Below are positions 28,023-40,448 of a DNA stretch of 64,000 nt, piece after piece; position 1 is the stretch's first letter, and every line of letters begins with the position of its first letter. The notes beneath the pieces were generated by a model, which saw only the letters and a list, made by a program, of their open reading frames with translations, had not been told where the DNA came from and did not search any database. Both the position numbers and the translations under genes were made by a program. Source of the stretch: Nitrosotalea sp. (GTDB lineage: Bacteria > Methylomirabilota > Methylomirabilia > Rokubacteriales > CSP1-6); assembly GCA_035519555.1 (NCBI GenBank), contig DATIWG010000096.1:18794-82793 (forward strand), given 5' to 3'.

Positions 28023-31000
28023 TCAGGACGGGACGACGCGATCGAAAACGGCGCGCACCCAGGTGGTCCGGCGCCGGTAATCATCCAGAAACGCCTTGCG
28101 CGAGGGGTAGTCCAGCGTCTTGGCGAGCCGGGCCGGATTCGGCCCCGCCACCTCGAGCGTGTCCGACGGCCGGGTACCGAAGAGGCGCAGGCCGAGGGAG
28201 ACGCGGCGCAGGAACCGGTACTGATCGGCCAGCGTCTCGCACTCGGCGGCGGTCAGCAGCGAGGCCGCCGCGATTTCCCGGATGGCGGGCAGCGTGCTCG
28301 CGCGCCGGATCCCCGGGTGCCGCCTCCCGTGCAGCATCTGCAGCGCCTGGGTGATGAACTCGATGTCGACCAGGCCCCCGCGTCCGAACTTGGCGTGCAG
28401 GCGCCCGGGCGTCTCCTTGCCGAGCTCCCTCTCCATGCGCTCGCGGAGCAGGCGCATCTCCTTGAGATCGGGCGGCAGCGCCTCGGGGCCGTAGAGCAGC
28501 CCGCGGATCCGGCGCCGCACCGCCCGGCCGAGGGTGGGGTCGCCTCCCACCAGGCGAGCGCGCGTGAGCGTCTGGCGCTCCCATGGATCCGCCCACTCGC
28601 GGTAGTAGCGCTCGAGCGCGTCGTCGCTCGAGGCGAAGCCGCTGCCCTTGGAGCCCGGCCGGAGGCGGAGGTCCACCGGAAAGGCGATGCCGGCCGCGGT
28701 GATGTCGCCCAGCCAGCCGGTGAGCGACTCCACCGCGCGGTCGTAGAAGACGTGCGCCTCCACGCGCTCGGCCCCGTCGGTGACGCCGACCCCGCCGTAG
28801 ATCACGAACAGGTCGAGATCGGAGCCGGTGGTGAGCTCGCGGCCGCCGAACTTGCCGAGGCCGATGATGGCGGCGGGTACCAGGCGTCCCGCCGCATCGC
28901 GCGGGACCCCGTAGGACTCCGCGGTCTCCTCGAGAGCGAGCGTCCAGGCCACCGCCAGCGCGGCCTCGGCGAGCGCGGTCATCTCGAGGGAGAAGCGCTC
29001 GGCGTCGGTCACCCCGAGCAGCATGCGCCAGATGATGCCGAGCTCGTGCGCCTGTTTCAGCCGGCGCAGCCGGTCCTTCCGCTCGGCCGGGTCGAGCCGG
29101 GGCGCGAGCACCTCCGCGAGCTCGACCCGGAACTCGCGCCGGCGAAGGTGGGCCGCGAAGGTCTCCGGGCTCGCCAGCCCGTTGAGCAGCTCCGGCTGGG
29201 ACATGAGCAGCTCGGTGAGCAGCTCACCCCGCGCGCAGAGCCGGACCAGGTTGGTGAGCAGCTCCGGCCGGTCCGCCAGCAGCTCGAGGTACGCGGTGCG
29301 TGGGCCCGCCGCCGCCACGAAGCGCTCGACCTGACTCAGGGCCTCGTCGGGATCCGGGCTCTGCCAGAGCCCGTCCAGCAGCACCGGGAAGAGCCGCGCG
29401 ATCGCGCGGCCCGCCGCGGCCGGATACGGGATCAGCGGGCGGCCCTCCAGGATCAGCCGCAGGTTCTGGCGCGCGCGATCCGGGTCCGTGAAGCCGGTGG
29501 CCTTGAGCGCGGTGTAGCTCGGGATGCGCACCGGCCGCGCGGCCGCGGCGGGTGGCGCCGCGAAGAACTCGCGGAAGGCCCGGTGCACGAGCGCGGTGAC
29601 GCGCCGATGGTCGGCCAGGAACCGGCGCGCCGCCGCCGCGGGGGGCCGCGCGATGCCCATCCGGCGCGCGAGCAGGCCAAGCGCGCGCGGCTCCTCGGGC
29701 AGCGTGTGGGTCTGGAACTCGTGGAGGATCTGCAGCCGGTGCTCCACGGTCCGCAGGTAGACCAGCGCGTCGCCGAGCTGGCGACCGAGGGCCGGCGGCA
29801 GATAGCCCCGCTCGGTCAGGCGGAAGATCGCGCGCAGGCTATTGCGCTCCCGCAGCCAGGGATCGTCGCCGCCGTAGAGCAGCTGGAGGGCCTGGACCAG
29901 GAACTCGACCTCGCGGATGCCGCCGCGACCGAGCTTGACGTTGCGATGCTCGGCGTCCTTGCCCCGCAGCGAGCGGTCGATCTGCGTCTTCATCTCGCGG
30001 ACCTCGCGCACGATCGCGGGATCGAGACCCGGGCGGTACACGAACTGGCGGACCGCCTCGAAGAAGCGGGCCGCCACCGCCGGGTCGCCCGCGGCCGCGC
30101 GCGCCTTGATCAGGGCCTGGCGCTCCCACAGCGCGGCGCGGTCGGCGAAGTACGCGCGGTAACCGTCGACCGACAGGATCAGCGCGCCCGAGCGGCCCTC
30201 GGGGCGCAGGCGCAGGTCGACGCGGAAGACGTGGCCCTCCTCGGTGACGGACTCGAGCGTCTCCACGATGCCCCGGACCGCCTGCGCGAAGAACTCACCG
30301 TTGGCGATGCGCCCCGCCTCGCCGCCCGCGGTCTCGCCGTCCTCGCCGTAGACGAAGATCGGATCGATGTCCGAGGAGTAGTTGAGCTCCTCGCCCCCGA
30401 GCTTGCCCATCCCGATGACGGCAAGGCCGGTGGGGCCGCCGTCGGCGCCGACCGGCGCGCCGTATAGCCGCTCGAGCCGCTCCCGCGTCCAGTCCCAGGA
30501 CGCGGCCAGGCAGACGTCGGCCAGGTGTGAGAGCTCCTCGGTGGTGACGGTGAGATCGGCGTCGCCCAGGATGTCGCGGCAGCCGATGCGCAGGAGCTGG
30601 CGGTACTTGAAGCGGCGCAGCGCGTTCAGGCGCGCCTCCGGCCGATCGAAGGCCCGCAGGCTCGCGGCGAGGTCCGCGGCCATCTCGTCGGCCAGCCACT
30701 GCCGCATCGTGCGCGGCTCGAGCAGCCAGGGCAGCAGCGTGGGGTAGCGCCGAAGGGTATCGGCGAGGAACTGGCTCGTGCCACCGAGCTGGGCGAGCAG
30801 GTGGATGGCGCCCGGGTGGGCGGTGACCAGGCGAAGGAAGGCGGCGTGCTCGCCCTGGGCGGCCAGGCGCTCGAGGTTGTTCAGCGCCATGTCCGGATCG
30901 GGGGCGGCGGCCAGGTCTCCGAGCAGGCGCGGCAGCGCCGGCGCGAGCAGCGCCGCCTCGCGCGGCGTCGGGGTCAACGCGTGCAGATTGCGGAGCGCCG

Positions 31001-31082
31001 CCGCCGGATCCGCGAACCCGACCCGGAGGAGCTCGCGGATCGCGCCCCGGTCATCAGGCGCCGCCGCCAGCAGATCTCTCAC
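28023..31082 (-). CDS. glnE: bifunctional glutamine synthetase adenylyltransferase/adenylyl-removing enzyme
   Basis: Two nucleotidyltransferase halves (GMGKLGGEELNYSSDIDPIFVY and GLGKFGGRELTTGSDLDLFVIY). Start set at GTG 31082. The track start at 31133 lies inside the repeat element. Confidence 0.85.
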   Translation of the reverse strand: MRDLLAAAPDDRGAIRELLRVGFADPAAALRNLHALTPTPREAALLAPALPRLLGDLAAAPDPDMALNNLERLAAQGEHAAFLRLVTAHPGAIHLLAQLGGTSQFLADTLRRYPTLLPWLLEPRTMRQWLADEMAADLAASLRAFDRPEARLNALRRFKYRQLLRIGCRDILGDADLTVTTEELSHLADVCLAASWDWTRERLERLYGAPVGADGGPTGLAVIGMGKLGGEELNYSSDIDPIFVYGEDGETAGGEAGRIANGEFFAQAVRGIVETLESVTEEGHVFRVDLRLRPEGRSGALILSVDGYRAYFADRAALWERQALIKARAAAGDPAVAARFFEAVRQFVYRPGLDPAIVREVREMKTQIDRSLRGKDAEHRNVKLGRGGIREVEFLVQALQLLYGGDDPWLRERNSLRAIFRLTERGYLPPALGRQLGDALVYLRTVEHRLQILHEFQTHTLPEEPRALGLLARRMGIARPPAAAARRFLADHRRVTALVHRAFREFFAAPPAAAARPVRIPSYTALKATGFTDPDRARQNLRLILEGRPLIPYPAAAGRAIARLFPVLLDGLWQSPDPDEALSQVERFVAAAGPRTAYLELLADRPELLTNLVRLCARGELLTELLMSQPELLNGLASPETFAAHLRRREFRVELAEVLAPRLDPAERKDRLRRLKQAHELGIIWRMLLGVTDAERFSLEMTALAEAALAVAWTLALEETAESYGVPRDAAGRLVPAAIIGLGKFGGRELTTGSDLDLFVIYGGVGVTDGAERVEAHVFYDRAVESLTGWLGDITAAGIAFPVDLRLRPGSKGSGFASSDDALERYYREWADPWERQTLTRARLVGGDPTLGRAVRRRIRGLLYGPEALPPDLKEMRLLRERMERELGKETPGRLHAKFGRGGLVDIEFITQALQMLHGRRHPGIRRASTLPAIREIAAASLLTAAECETLADQYRFLRRVSLGLRLFGTRPSDTLEVAGPNPARLAKTLDYPSRKAFLDDYRRRTTWVRAVFDRVVPS

Positions 31083-31098
31083 CGGTTGTCCGCCATTT

Positions 31099-31144
31099 GG
31101 GGGAGTGCGGGGGCCATTTCCGGGCCCCCGCATTGAACAGAGCC
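31099..31144. repeat. 46-nt GC-hairpin repeat (REP/BIME-like), archetype copy
   Basis: GGGGGAGTGCGGGGGCCATTTCCGGGCCCCCGCATTGAACAGAGCC. The stem TGCGGGGGCC / GGCCCCCGCA is about 10 bp. It lies between the glnB stop and the glnE start. Confidence 0.8.
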
Positions 31145-31159
31145 TTGAAGACTTAAGCC

Positions 31160-31185
31160 GTAGATTGCCAGCGGTAGATTGCCAG
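31160..31185. repeat. two tandem GTAGATTGCCAG direct repeats (31160-31171, 31174-31185)
   Basis: Read directly from the sequence: period 14 nt, in the glnB-glnE spacer. Confidence 0.6.
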
Positions 31186-31203
31186 GGATCGACGGCCCTC
31201 GCC

Positions 31204-33047
<1,844 letters not shown>

Positions 33048-33048
33048 G

Positions 33049-34656
33049 CTAGGGCTCCTCTTCGAGAATCGGGAAGACGAGCGCGGTGATGTGCGAGGAG
33101 ATCCGCTTGAGGTTGGTCAGCACGTCCAGGTGGATCTCCGAGGTCTCGAGCGATTCGGCGAGGCCGCGGCGCAGCCGGGCCAGGTGCGAGTCCCGCAGCT
33201 CCCGCTCGCGCTGCCGCACCACCGGCCGCTGGTCCAGCACCTCCTGGGCCAGGCTCCGGTCGTTCGCCGCGAACCCGGCGATGGCGCGCTCGAGGTTCTT
33301 CGAGACCATGCCGTGGAACTCGATCAGCTCGGTCTCTCCGGTCTCCGAGAAGCGGCGGCCCTGGTAGAGCTTCTTGCGCGCGAGCTCCATCAAGTTCTTG
33401 TCGATGATGTCGCCGATATTCTCGAGGTTGCCGATGAACGAGATCAGCGCGATCTCCTTGTGGGCCATGTCGGAGCTCATCGTCTCTCGCCCGAGCCGGG
33501 TGATGAACAGCTTGATCTCGCGTTCGAGGTAGTCGAGCTGGTCGTCGCGTCGCTCCACGTCCTCCAGGAGCTCCTGGTTGTCGCTCCGCAGCACCACCAT
33601 CGCGTCGCGTAGCATACCCTGGGCGACGTCGCCCATGCGCAGCGCCTCCCGGGTCGCCTGCCCGATGGCCAGCGCGGGCTGGTCCAGGTAGCGGTCGTCG
33701 AGGTACCGCGTCCGGTAGGGATTGTCCCCCCGCTCCTCCTCCGGCACCAGCGCGGTGATGACCCGGGCCGCCCAGGGGGCGAAGGGCAGGAACAGCGCGC
33801 TGATGGCCACGTTGAAGAGCGTGTGGGCGTTGGCGATCTGCCGGGCCGGGTCCGCCGCGGTGAGACCGACCAGGCTCGTGAGCGGGGTGATGAACGGGAA
33901 GACCAACGCCACCCCCAGCACCTTGAACGCGATGTGGGCGAGGGCCACCCGCCGGGCGTCCGAGGACGACCGCATGCTCGCGGCGAGCGCGGTCGCGCAG
34001 GTGCCGATGTTGGCCCCGAGCACGACCGGAACGGCGGCCACGAGCGGGAGCAGTCCCTGGTGGGCGAGCGACAGCGTCAGCCCGATGGTGGCGGCCGAGG
34101 AGGCCATGCCCGCGCTGAGGACCGCCCCCACTAGCAGGCCCAGGAACGGGTTACCGGCGAGGGCTACCAGCACCTGGCGGGTGAGCTCGTTGTCGACCAG
34201 GGGCGCGAGGCCGTCGTTCATCACCTTCATGCCGAGGAAGATGAAGCCGAAGCCGAGTACCACCTGCCCCAGGCTCTTGACCAGGCCGCGTCGCCCGAAG
34301 AAGGCCATCGTGAAGCCGAGCCCGACGAGTAGCAGCGAGAGCTCTTGGACCTTGAAGGCCAGCAGCTGCACGGTCACAGTGGTGCCGATGTCGGCACCCA
34401 GGATCACCCCGAGCGACTGCGGGAACGTGAGCAGGCCGGCCGACACGAAGCCGATCAGCATCAGGGTGGTGGCCGACGAGGACTGGATGATCGACGTCAC
34501 CAGGGCACCCGAGGCCACCGCGGCCATGCGCGTGCCCGTCATGCGGGTGAGCAGGTGGCGCAGGTGACCGCCCGCGGCGCGCTGCAGGCCTTCGCCGATG
34601 AGCTGCATGCCGTAGAGCAGCAGGGCTAGGCCGCCGAAGAGCGCCAGCAGCGTCAC
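33049..34656 (-). CDS. Na+/phosphate cotransporter family protein with PhoU-like C-domain
   Basis: Duplicated Na_Pi_cotrans segments (GANIGTTVT / GANIGTCAT) and C-terminal PhoU-type helices (ENIGDIIDKNL). Confidence 0.8.
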   Translation of the reverse strand: MTLLALFGGLALLLYGMQLIGEGLQRAAGGHLRHLLTRMTGTRMAAVASGALVTSIIQSSSATTLMLIGFVSAGLLTFPQSLGVILGADIGTTVTVQLLAFKVQELSLLLVGLGFTMAFFGRRGLVKSLGQVVLGFGFIFLGMKVMNDGLAPLVDNELTRQVLVALAGNPFLGLLVGAVLSAGMASSAATIGLTLSLAHQGLLPLVAAVPVVLGANIGTCATALAASMRSSSDARRVALAHIAFKVLGVALVFPFITPLTSLVGLTAADPARQIANAHTLFNVAISALFLPFAPWAARVITALVPEEERGDNPYRTRYLDDRYLDQPALAIGQATREALRMGDVAQGMLRDAMVVLRSDNQELLEDVERRDDQLDYLEREIKLFITRLGRETMSSDMAHKEIALISFIGNLENIGDIIDKNLMELARKKLYQGRRFSETGETELIEFHGMVSKNLERAIAGFAANDRSLAQEVLDQRPVVRQRERELRDSHLARLRRGLAESLETSEIHLDVLTNLKRISSHITALVFPILEEEP

Positions 34657-34657
34657 G

Positions 34658-35290
34658 TCAGGGACTCAGCGGCTCGGCGACGGCCACGTCGATGTCGCGC
34701 AGATGACCGGTCTCGTTCACCGACACCACGCGCGGGGGCGAGATCTCGGAGAGCGAGCAGTTGGCGACGGCGATCCGCCAGATCGACGACAGGGGCAGGC
34801 CGAACCAGTGGGCCAGCAGCGCGCTGATGACGCCGCCGTGCGAGACGATGAGGATGTCGTCGCCGTTGGGGTGAGCGCGGCCGATCTCGTCGATCGCGCG
34901 CAGCACGCGGGCCTGCACGTCGCCCAGGGGCTCGCCCCCCGGCGGCAGGCAGAGCACCGGGTCGCGCACCCACTGCGTGTACGGGTCGCCCGGGCGCGTG
35001 CGGATCTCCTCGACCGTGCAGCCTTCCCATTCGCCGAGCGACAGCTCGCGGAGGTCGTCCACCACCGTCATCGGCAGCCCGAGCCCGTCCACCGCGATCT
35101 CGGCGGTATGGCGAGCGCGCTCGAGGGGGCTCGCGTAGACGTGGGCGATGGGTCGACGCCCGACCGCGAGACGCAGGGCCTCGGCCTGACGGATCCCCAG
35201 CGGCGAGAGCGCCACGTCCTGGGCGCCCTGGAAGCGCCGGACCGCGTTGGAGACCGATTGGCCGTGACGCGCGAGCAGCAGCCGCCTCAC
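34658..35290 (-). CDS. histidine phosphatase (phosphoglycerate-mutase-like) family protein
   Basis: RHG motif LLLARHGQSVSN, SPLERARHTA, and IVSHGGVI. GTG 35290 overlaps the gltX stop (GTGA). It is the last 210 codons of ORF 34658-36856. Confidence 0.75.
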   Translation of the reverse strand: MRRLLLARHGQSVSNAVRRFQGAQDVALSPLGIRQAEALRLAVGRRPIAHVYASPLERARHTAEIAVDGLGLPMTVVDDLRELSLGEWEGCTVEEIRTRPGDPYTQWVRDPVLCLPPGGEPLGDVQARVLRAIDEIGRAHPNGDDILIVSHGGVISALLAHWFGLPLSSIWRIAVANCSLSEISPPRVVSVNETGHLRDIDVAVAEPLSP

Positions 35291-36717
35291 CGGCCGGCCT
35301 CCGCCGCGGCCGCGGCCGCCTTGAGCCGCGCCACCGTCTCGGCCTTGCCGAGGATGCTGACCACCTCGAAGATCGGCGGGCTCGCGGCCTTGCCCGTGAC
35401 CGCGATGCGCGTGAGCTGCGCCAGGTCCACCAGCTTGAGCCCCAGGTCGGCGGCGAGGAAGCGGTAGAGGGCCTCCAGCGCCGCGGGGTCCATCGCCGCC
35501 TGGGCCTCGAGCCGCCTGGTCAGCAGGGCGTAACGCTCCGCCGCCTGCTCCTTCCAGAACTTGGCGGTGGCCGCCGGATCGTAGACGCTCGGCGGCATCA
35601 GGTAGAACGCGGCTTGCTCGGCCATCTCGACCAGCGTGCGCGCCCGCTCCTTGAGCGTCTCCACCACCCGGGCGAGCCAGGCCAGGTCGCCCGGGACGGG
35701 CAGCCCCGCGCGCTCCAGGAAGGGCCCGAGCTCGCGCGCGAGGCGCTCCGCGGGCAGCGCCTTGATCCACTGGTGGTTCACCCACTTGAACTTCTCGAGG
35801 TCGAAGACCGCGTCGGCCGCGCCCACGTGGGCCAGATCGAAGTGCTGGACCAGGTCTTCTCGAGAGAAGATTTCTTGATCCCCGTGCGACCAGCCCAGGC
35901 GCGCCAGGTAGTTCAGCATGGCCTCCGGCAGGAGGCCCATGTCGCGGAACGCCAGCACGGAAGTGGCCCCGTGCCGCTTGGAGAGCCGCGTCTTGTCCGC
36001 GGCCAGGATCATCGGGATGTGGGCGAAGACGGGCAGCGGGTAGCCGAGCGCCTGATAGCACAGGACCTGCTTCGGGGTGTTCGAGAGGTGGTCGTTGCCG
36101 CGGATGACGTGGGTGATTTTCATCGTCACGTCGTCCACCACCACGCAGAAGTTGTACGTGGGCGTGCCGTCGGTGCGGACGAGGATCCAGTCGTCCAGCT
36201 CGGCGTGGCTGACCGTCACGCGCCCGCGGATCACGTCGTCCACCACGGTCTCGCCGTCGCGGGGGATCGCCAGCCGCAGCGCGTGGGGCTCCGAGGCGGG
36301 CACGTTCGCGTCCCGGCAGGTGCCGGGATACCGGAAGGTCTCCTTGCGGGCCTCCGCGGCCTTCCGCAGCGCCTCGAGCGTCTCCGGCGTGCAGCGGCAG
36401 CGATAGGCCCGGCCCTCCGCGATCAGGCGCTCGGCGTGCGCGCGGTAGATGTCGAAGCGCTCGGTCTGGCGGTACCCGGGGGTCGGCGGGCCCTCGTCCC
36501 AGTCGAGCCCCAGCCATCGGAGCGCCTCGAGCAGCGACTCGGTGTACTCCTCGGTGGAGCGGGAGCGGTCGGTGTCCTCGATCCGGAGCACGTAGGTGCC
36601 GCGGTGGTGCCGGGCGAAGAGCCAGTTGAAGAGCGCGGTCCGGGCTCCTCCTACGTGGAGGTGACCCGTGGGGCTGGGGGGAAAGCGAACGCGCACCGGC
36701 TCGGGCATGAGGACCAT
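35287..36717 (-). CDS. gltX: glutamate--tRNA ligase
   Basis: [22 protein letters not shown] (HIGH) and KLSKRHG (KMSKS). The start could be the second ATG at 36708 (see the promoter note). Confidence 0.9.
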   Translation of the reverse strand: MVLMPEPVRVRFPPSPTGHLHVGGARTALFNWLFARHHRGTYVLRIEDTDRSRSTEEYTESLLEALRWLGLDWDEGPPTPGYRQTERFDIYRAHAERLIAEGRAYRCRCTPETLEALRKAAEARKETFRYPGTCRDANVPASEPHALRLAIPRDGETVVDDVIRGRVTVSHAELDDWILVRTDGTPTYNFCVVVDDVTMKITHVIRGNDHLSNTPKQVLCYQALGYPLPVFAHIPMILAADKTRLSKRHGATSVLAFRDMGLLPEAMLNYLARLGWSHGDQEIFSREDLVQHFDLAHVGAADAVFDLEKFKWVNHQWIKALPAERLARELGPFLERAGLPVPGDLAWLARVVETLKERARTLVEMAEQAAFYLMPPSVYDPAATAKFWKEQAAERYALLTRRLEAQAAMDPAALEALYRFLAADLGLKLVDLAQLTRIAVTGKAASPPIFEVVSILGKAETVARLKAAAAAAEAGR

Positions 36718-36730
36718 ATTGTATAGCCGA

Positions 36731-36739
36731 TGGTAGGAT
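36731..36739 (+). promoter_or_regulatory. extended -10-like box TGGTAGGAT, 7 nt upstream of glnS ATG
   Basis: GATGGTAGGATcagggccATG. There is no room for a conventional leader; AGGA inside the box is the only SD-like element. Confidence 0.3.
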
Positions 36740-36746
36740 CAGGGCC

Positions 36747-38419
<1,673 letters not shown>

Positions 38420-38423
<4 letters not shown>

Positions 38424-39169
38424 TGGAAAAAGACGCCCGCGTCGATGTTCAGCACCTGGCCGGTGACGCTGTCCGACCGGCAGAACGTCACGACCTGGTC
38501 GGCCACGTCCTCCACGCTGGCCGCGCGCTTGAGCACGGAGCGCTGCCGCGCCCCCTCGGCGGTCTCCGGGCGTAGCCGGGAGGTCATCCGCGTCCCTTCC
38601 ATCAGGCCGGGGGCCACGCAGTTCACGGTGACCTCGGGGGCCAGCGCCACCGCCAGGCACCGCGTGAGGTGGATGAGGCCGGCCTTGCTGGTGGCGTAGG
38701 CGATGCTGCTGCCGCCCGGGTTCAGGCCCGCCACCGAAGCGATGTTCACGATGCGCCCGGAACCGCTCGCCTTGAGGTGCGGGGCGGCCGCGCGCGCCAG
38801 CAGATAGGGCCCGCGTAGGTTGGTCGCGAAGAGCCGATCCCAGACCGCGGCGTCGAGCGCCTCGAGATCGGGGAACGGGATCGCGATGTTCCAGGCCGCG
38901 TTGTTGACGAGGGCGTCGAGCCGGCCGAACCGGCCCCTCACCGCCTCGACCGCCTTCGGGATCGCGGCCGCGTCGGTCTGGTCGAGCGCGACGCTCCACG
39001 CCCGGCGCCCGAGCCCCTCGACCGCCGCGCACGTCTCCTTCGCCGCGTCCTGGCGCTCGAGGTAGGTGATCGCCACGTCGGCGCCGCCCTTCGCGAGGGC
39101 CCGGGCGATCGCGAGCCCGAGCAGACCCGTGCCGCCGGCGACCAGCGCGACGCGCCCCTCGAGATCCAT
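38420..39169 (-). CDS. SDR-family oxidoreductase
   Basis: [14 protein letters not shown] (TGxxxGxG), NNAA, and the catalytic YxxxK (YATSKAG). Convergent with glnS; the stops overlap in CTAG. Confidence 0.8.
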
Positions 39170-39178
39170 GACCGCCCT

Positions 39179-39187
39179 AGACTACCA
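39179..39187 (-). promoter_or_regulatory. extended -10-like box TGGTAGTCT, 9 nt upstream of SDR ATG
   Basis: The minus strand reads cTGGTAGTCTagggcggtcATG. Confidence 0.3.
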
Positions 39188-39222
39188 GAAGTCGACCGCG
39201 TCGTGAGCCGGCCCGCGCGGGC

Positions 39223-39251
39223 TTGAAGCGGTCGTGAGACGGCCGTACACT
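39223..39251 (+). promoter_or_regulatory. putative promoter TTGAAG-17-TACACT, 9 nt upstream of ATG 39261
   Basis: Hexamers and spacing read directly from the sequence. No SD lies before ATG 39261. Confidence 0.25.
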
Positions 39252-40448
39252 CGCCCGGTCATGCCTGCGCTCCTGCTGCGGAACGTGCGACCGATGGCGG
39301 GCGCCGCCGTCGACGTGCTGACCCGCGACGGCGTCATCGAGCGCGTCGCGCCCGGGATCACGCCGCCGCCGGGCGCCACCGTCGAGGATGGGCGACAGGG
39401 CGTCCTGCTGCCCGCCTTCGTGGACGCGCACATGCACCTCGACAAGACCTTCTGGGGTCTTCCGTGGCGCGCCCACGAGGCGGGACCGACAACCCTCGAG
39501 CGCATCGAGAACGAGCGACGCTTGCGGCGCCGGCTCGCGCTGCCGGCCGACGTGCAGGCCGAGCGCCTGGCCCGTCAGGCCCTGAGCCGGGGCACCGTCC
39601 ACATGCGGAGCCACGTGGACGTCGACACCGAGATCGGGCTCCGGAACTTCGAGGGCGTCATGGCGGCGCGTAGCCGGCTTCGCGACCTCGTCTCGATCCA
39701 GGTGGTCGCGTTTCCCCAGAGCGGCGTGGTCACGCGGCCGGGCACCGCCCAGCTCCTGGAGCAGGCGGTCAAGGACGGCGCCGGGCTGATCGGGGGCGTC
39801 GACCCCAGCGGCATCGACCAGGACGCCAAGGGCCAGCTCGACGTGATCTTCGGCATCGCGGGCCGACACGGGGCCGGGGTGGACATCCACCTCCACGACC
39901 CGGGCGAGGAGGGCGTCGAGCAGATCCGCATGATCGCGGAGCGCACCCGCACGCTCGGCCTCGGCGGCCGGGTCGCGATCAGCCACGCCTTCTGCCTGGG
40001 CATGGTGGACGATCGCGAGGTCGGCCGCCTCGTGGATCTGCTGCGGGAGTACCGCATCGCGATCGTGACCGCGGTGCCGGGCGACCGGCCGACGCCCCCG
40101 GTGCGTCGCCTCCGCGAGGCCGGCGTCACCGTCGGGGCCGGCTCCGACGGGGTACGGGATGCGTGGACGCCCCTCGGCAACGCGGACATGCTGGAACGCG
40201 CGATGCTCCTCGCCTTCCGCCACGGCTTCCGCACCGACGCCCTCCTGCACGATGCGCTCGACATCACCACCCGGAGCTACGCCACCGTGCTGGGCCTCGA
40301 CGGGTACGGCCTCGAGGTCGGCTGCCGCGCCGACTTCGTCGTCCTCCCGGGCGAGACGCTCGGCGAGCTCGTGGCGATGCGGCCGCCCCGCTCGCTCGTG
40401 GTGAGCGGCGGGCGCGTCGCGGCCCGGGATGGGCAGTGCGTGATCTGA
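39234..40448 (+). CDS. amidohydrolase-superfamily protein (cytosine-deaminase-like)
   Basis: The metal motif LLPAFVDAHMHLDK and downstream H/D ligands (DIHLHD, ISHAF, GSDG) fit the CodA-like subgroup. The likely true start is ATG 39261 (MPALLLRNV...). Confidence 0.75.
   Translation: MRRPYTRPVMPALLLRNVRPMAGAAVDVLTRDGVIERVAPGITPPPGATVEDGRQGVLLPAFVDAHMHLDKTFWGLPWRAHEAGPTTLERIENERRLRRRLALPADVQAERLARQALSRGTVHMRSHVDVDTEIGLRNFEGVMAARSRLRDLVSIQVVAFPQSGVVTRPGTAQLLEQAVKDGAGLIGGVDPSGIDQDAKGQLDVIFGIAGRHGAGVDIHLHDPGEEGVEQIRMIAERTRTLGLGGRVAISHAFCLGMVDDREVGRLVDLLREYRIAIVTAVPGDRPTPPVRRLREAGVTVGAGSDGVRDAWTPLGNADMLERAMLLAFRHGFRTDALLHDALDITTRSYATVLGLDGYGLEVGCRADFVVLPGETLGELVAMRPPRSLVVSGGRVAARDGQCVI

Noticed and set aside
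27276-30467. 1063-aa plus-strand ORF
   Set aside because: It is antisense to glnE, Arg/Pro/Gly-rich and without domains. It is a shadow ORF. The same reasoning applies to 18333-20864 (antisense to ftsK), 20309-22609 (antisense to rnj), 24076-25506 (antisense to polA) and 46000-47712 (antisense to lptD).
31083-31133. N-terminal extension of glnE (MRGPGNGPRTPPNGGQP)
   Set aside because: It is encoded by the 46-nt repeat element. The identical peptide appears in a spurious ORF at the other copy (50308 frame). An in-frame GTG at 31082 lies just outside the element.
31160-31185. Possible sigma54 promoter (CTGGCA ... GCTGGCA on the minus strand)
   Set aside because: The GG-to-GC spacing is 9 nt rather than the 10 nt required by the TGGCAC-N5-TTGC consensus, and there is no TTGC element. 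It is kept only as a direct repeat.
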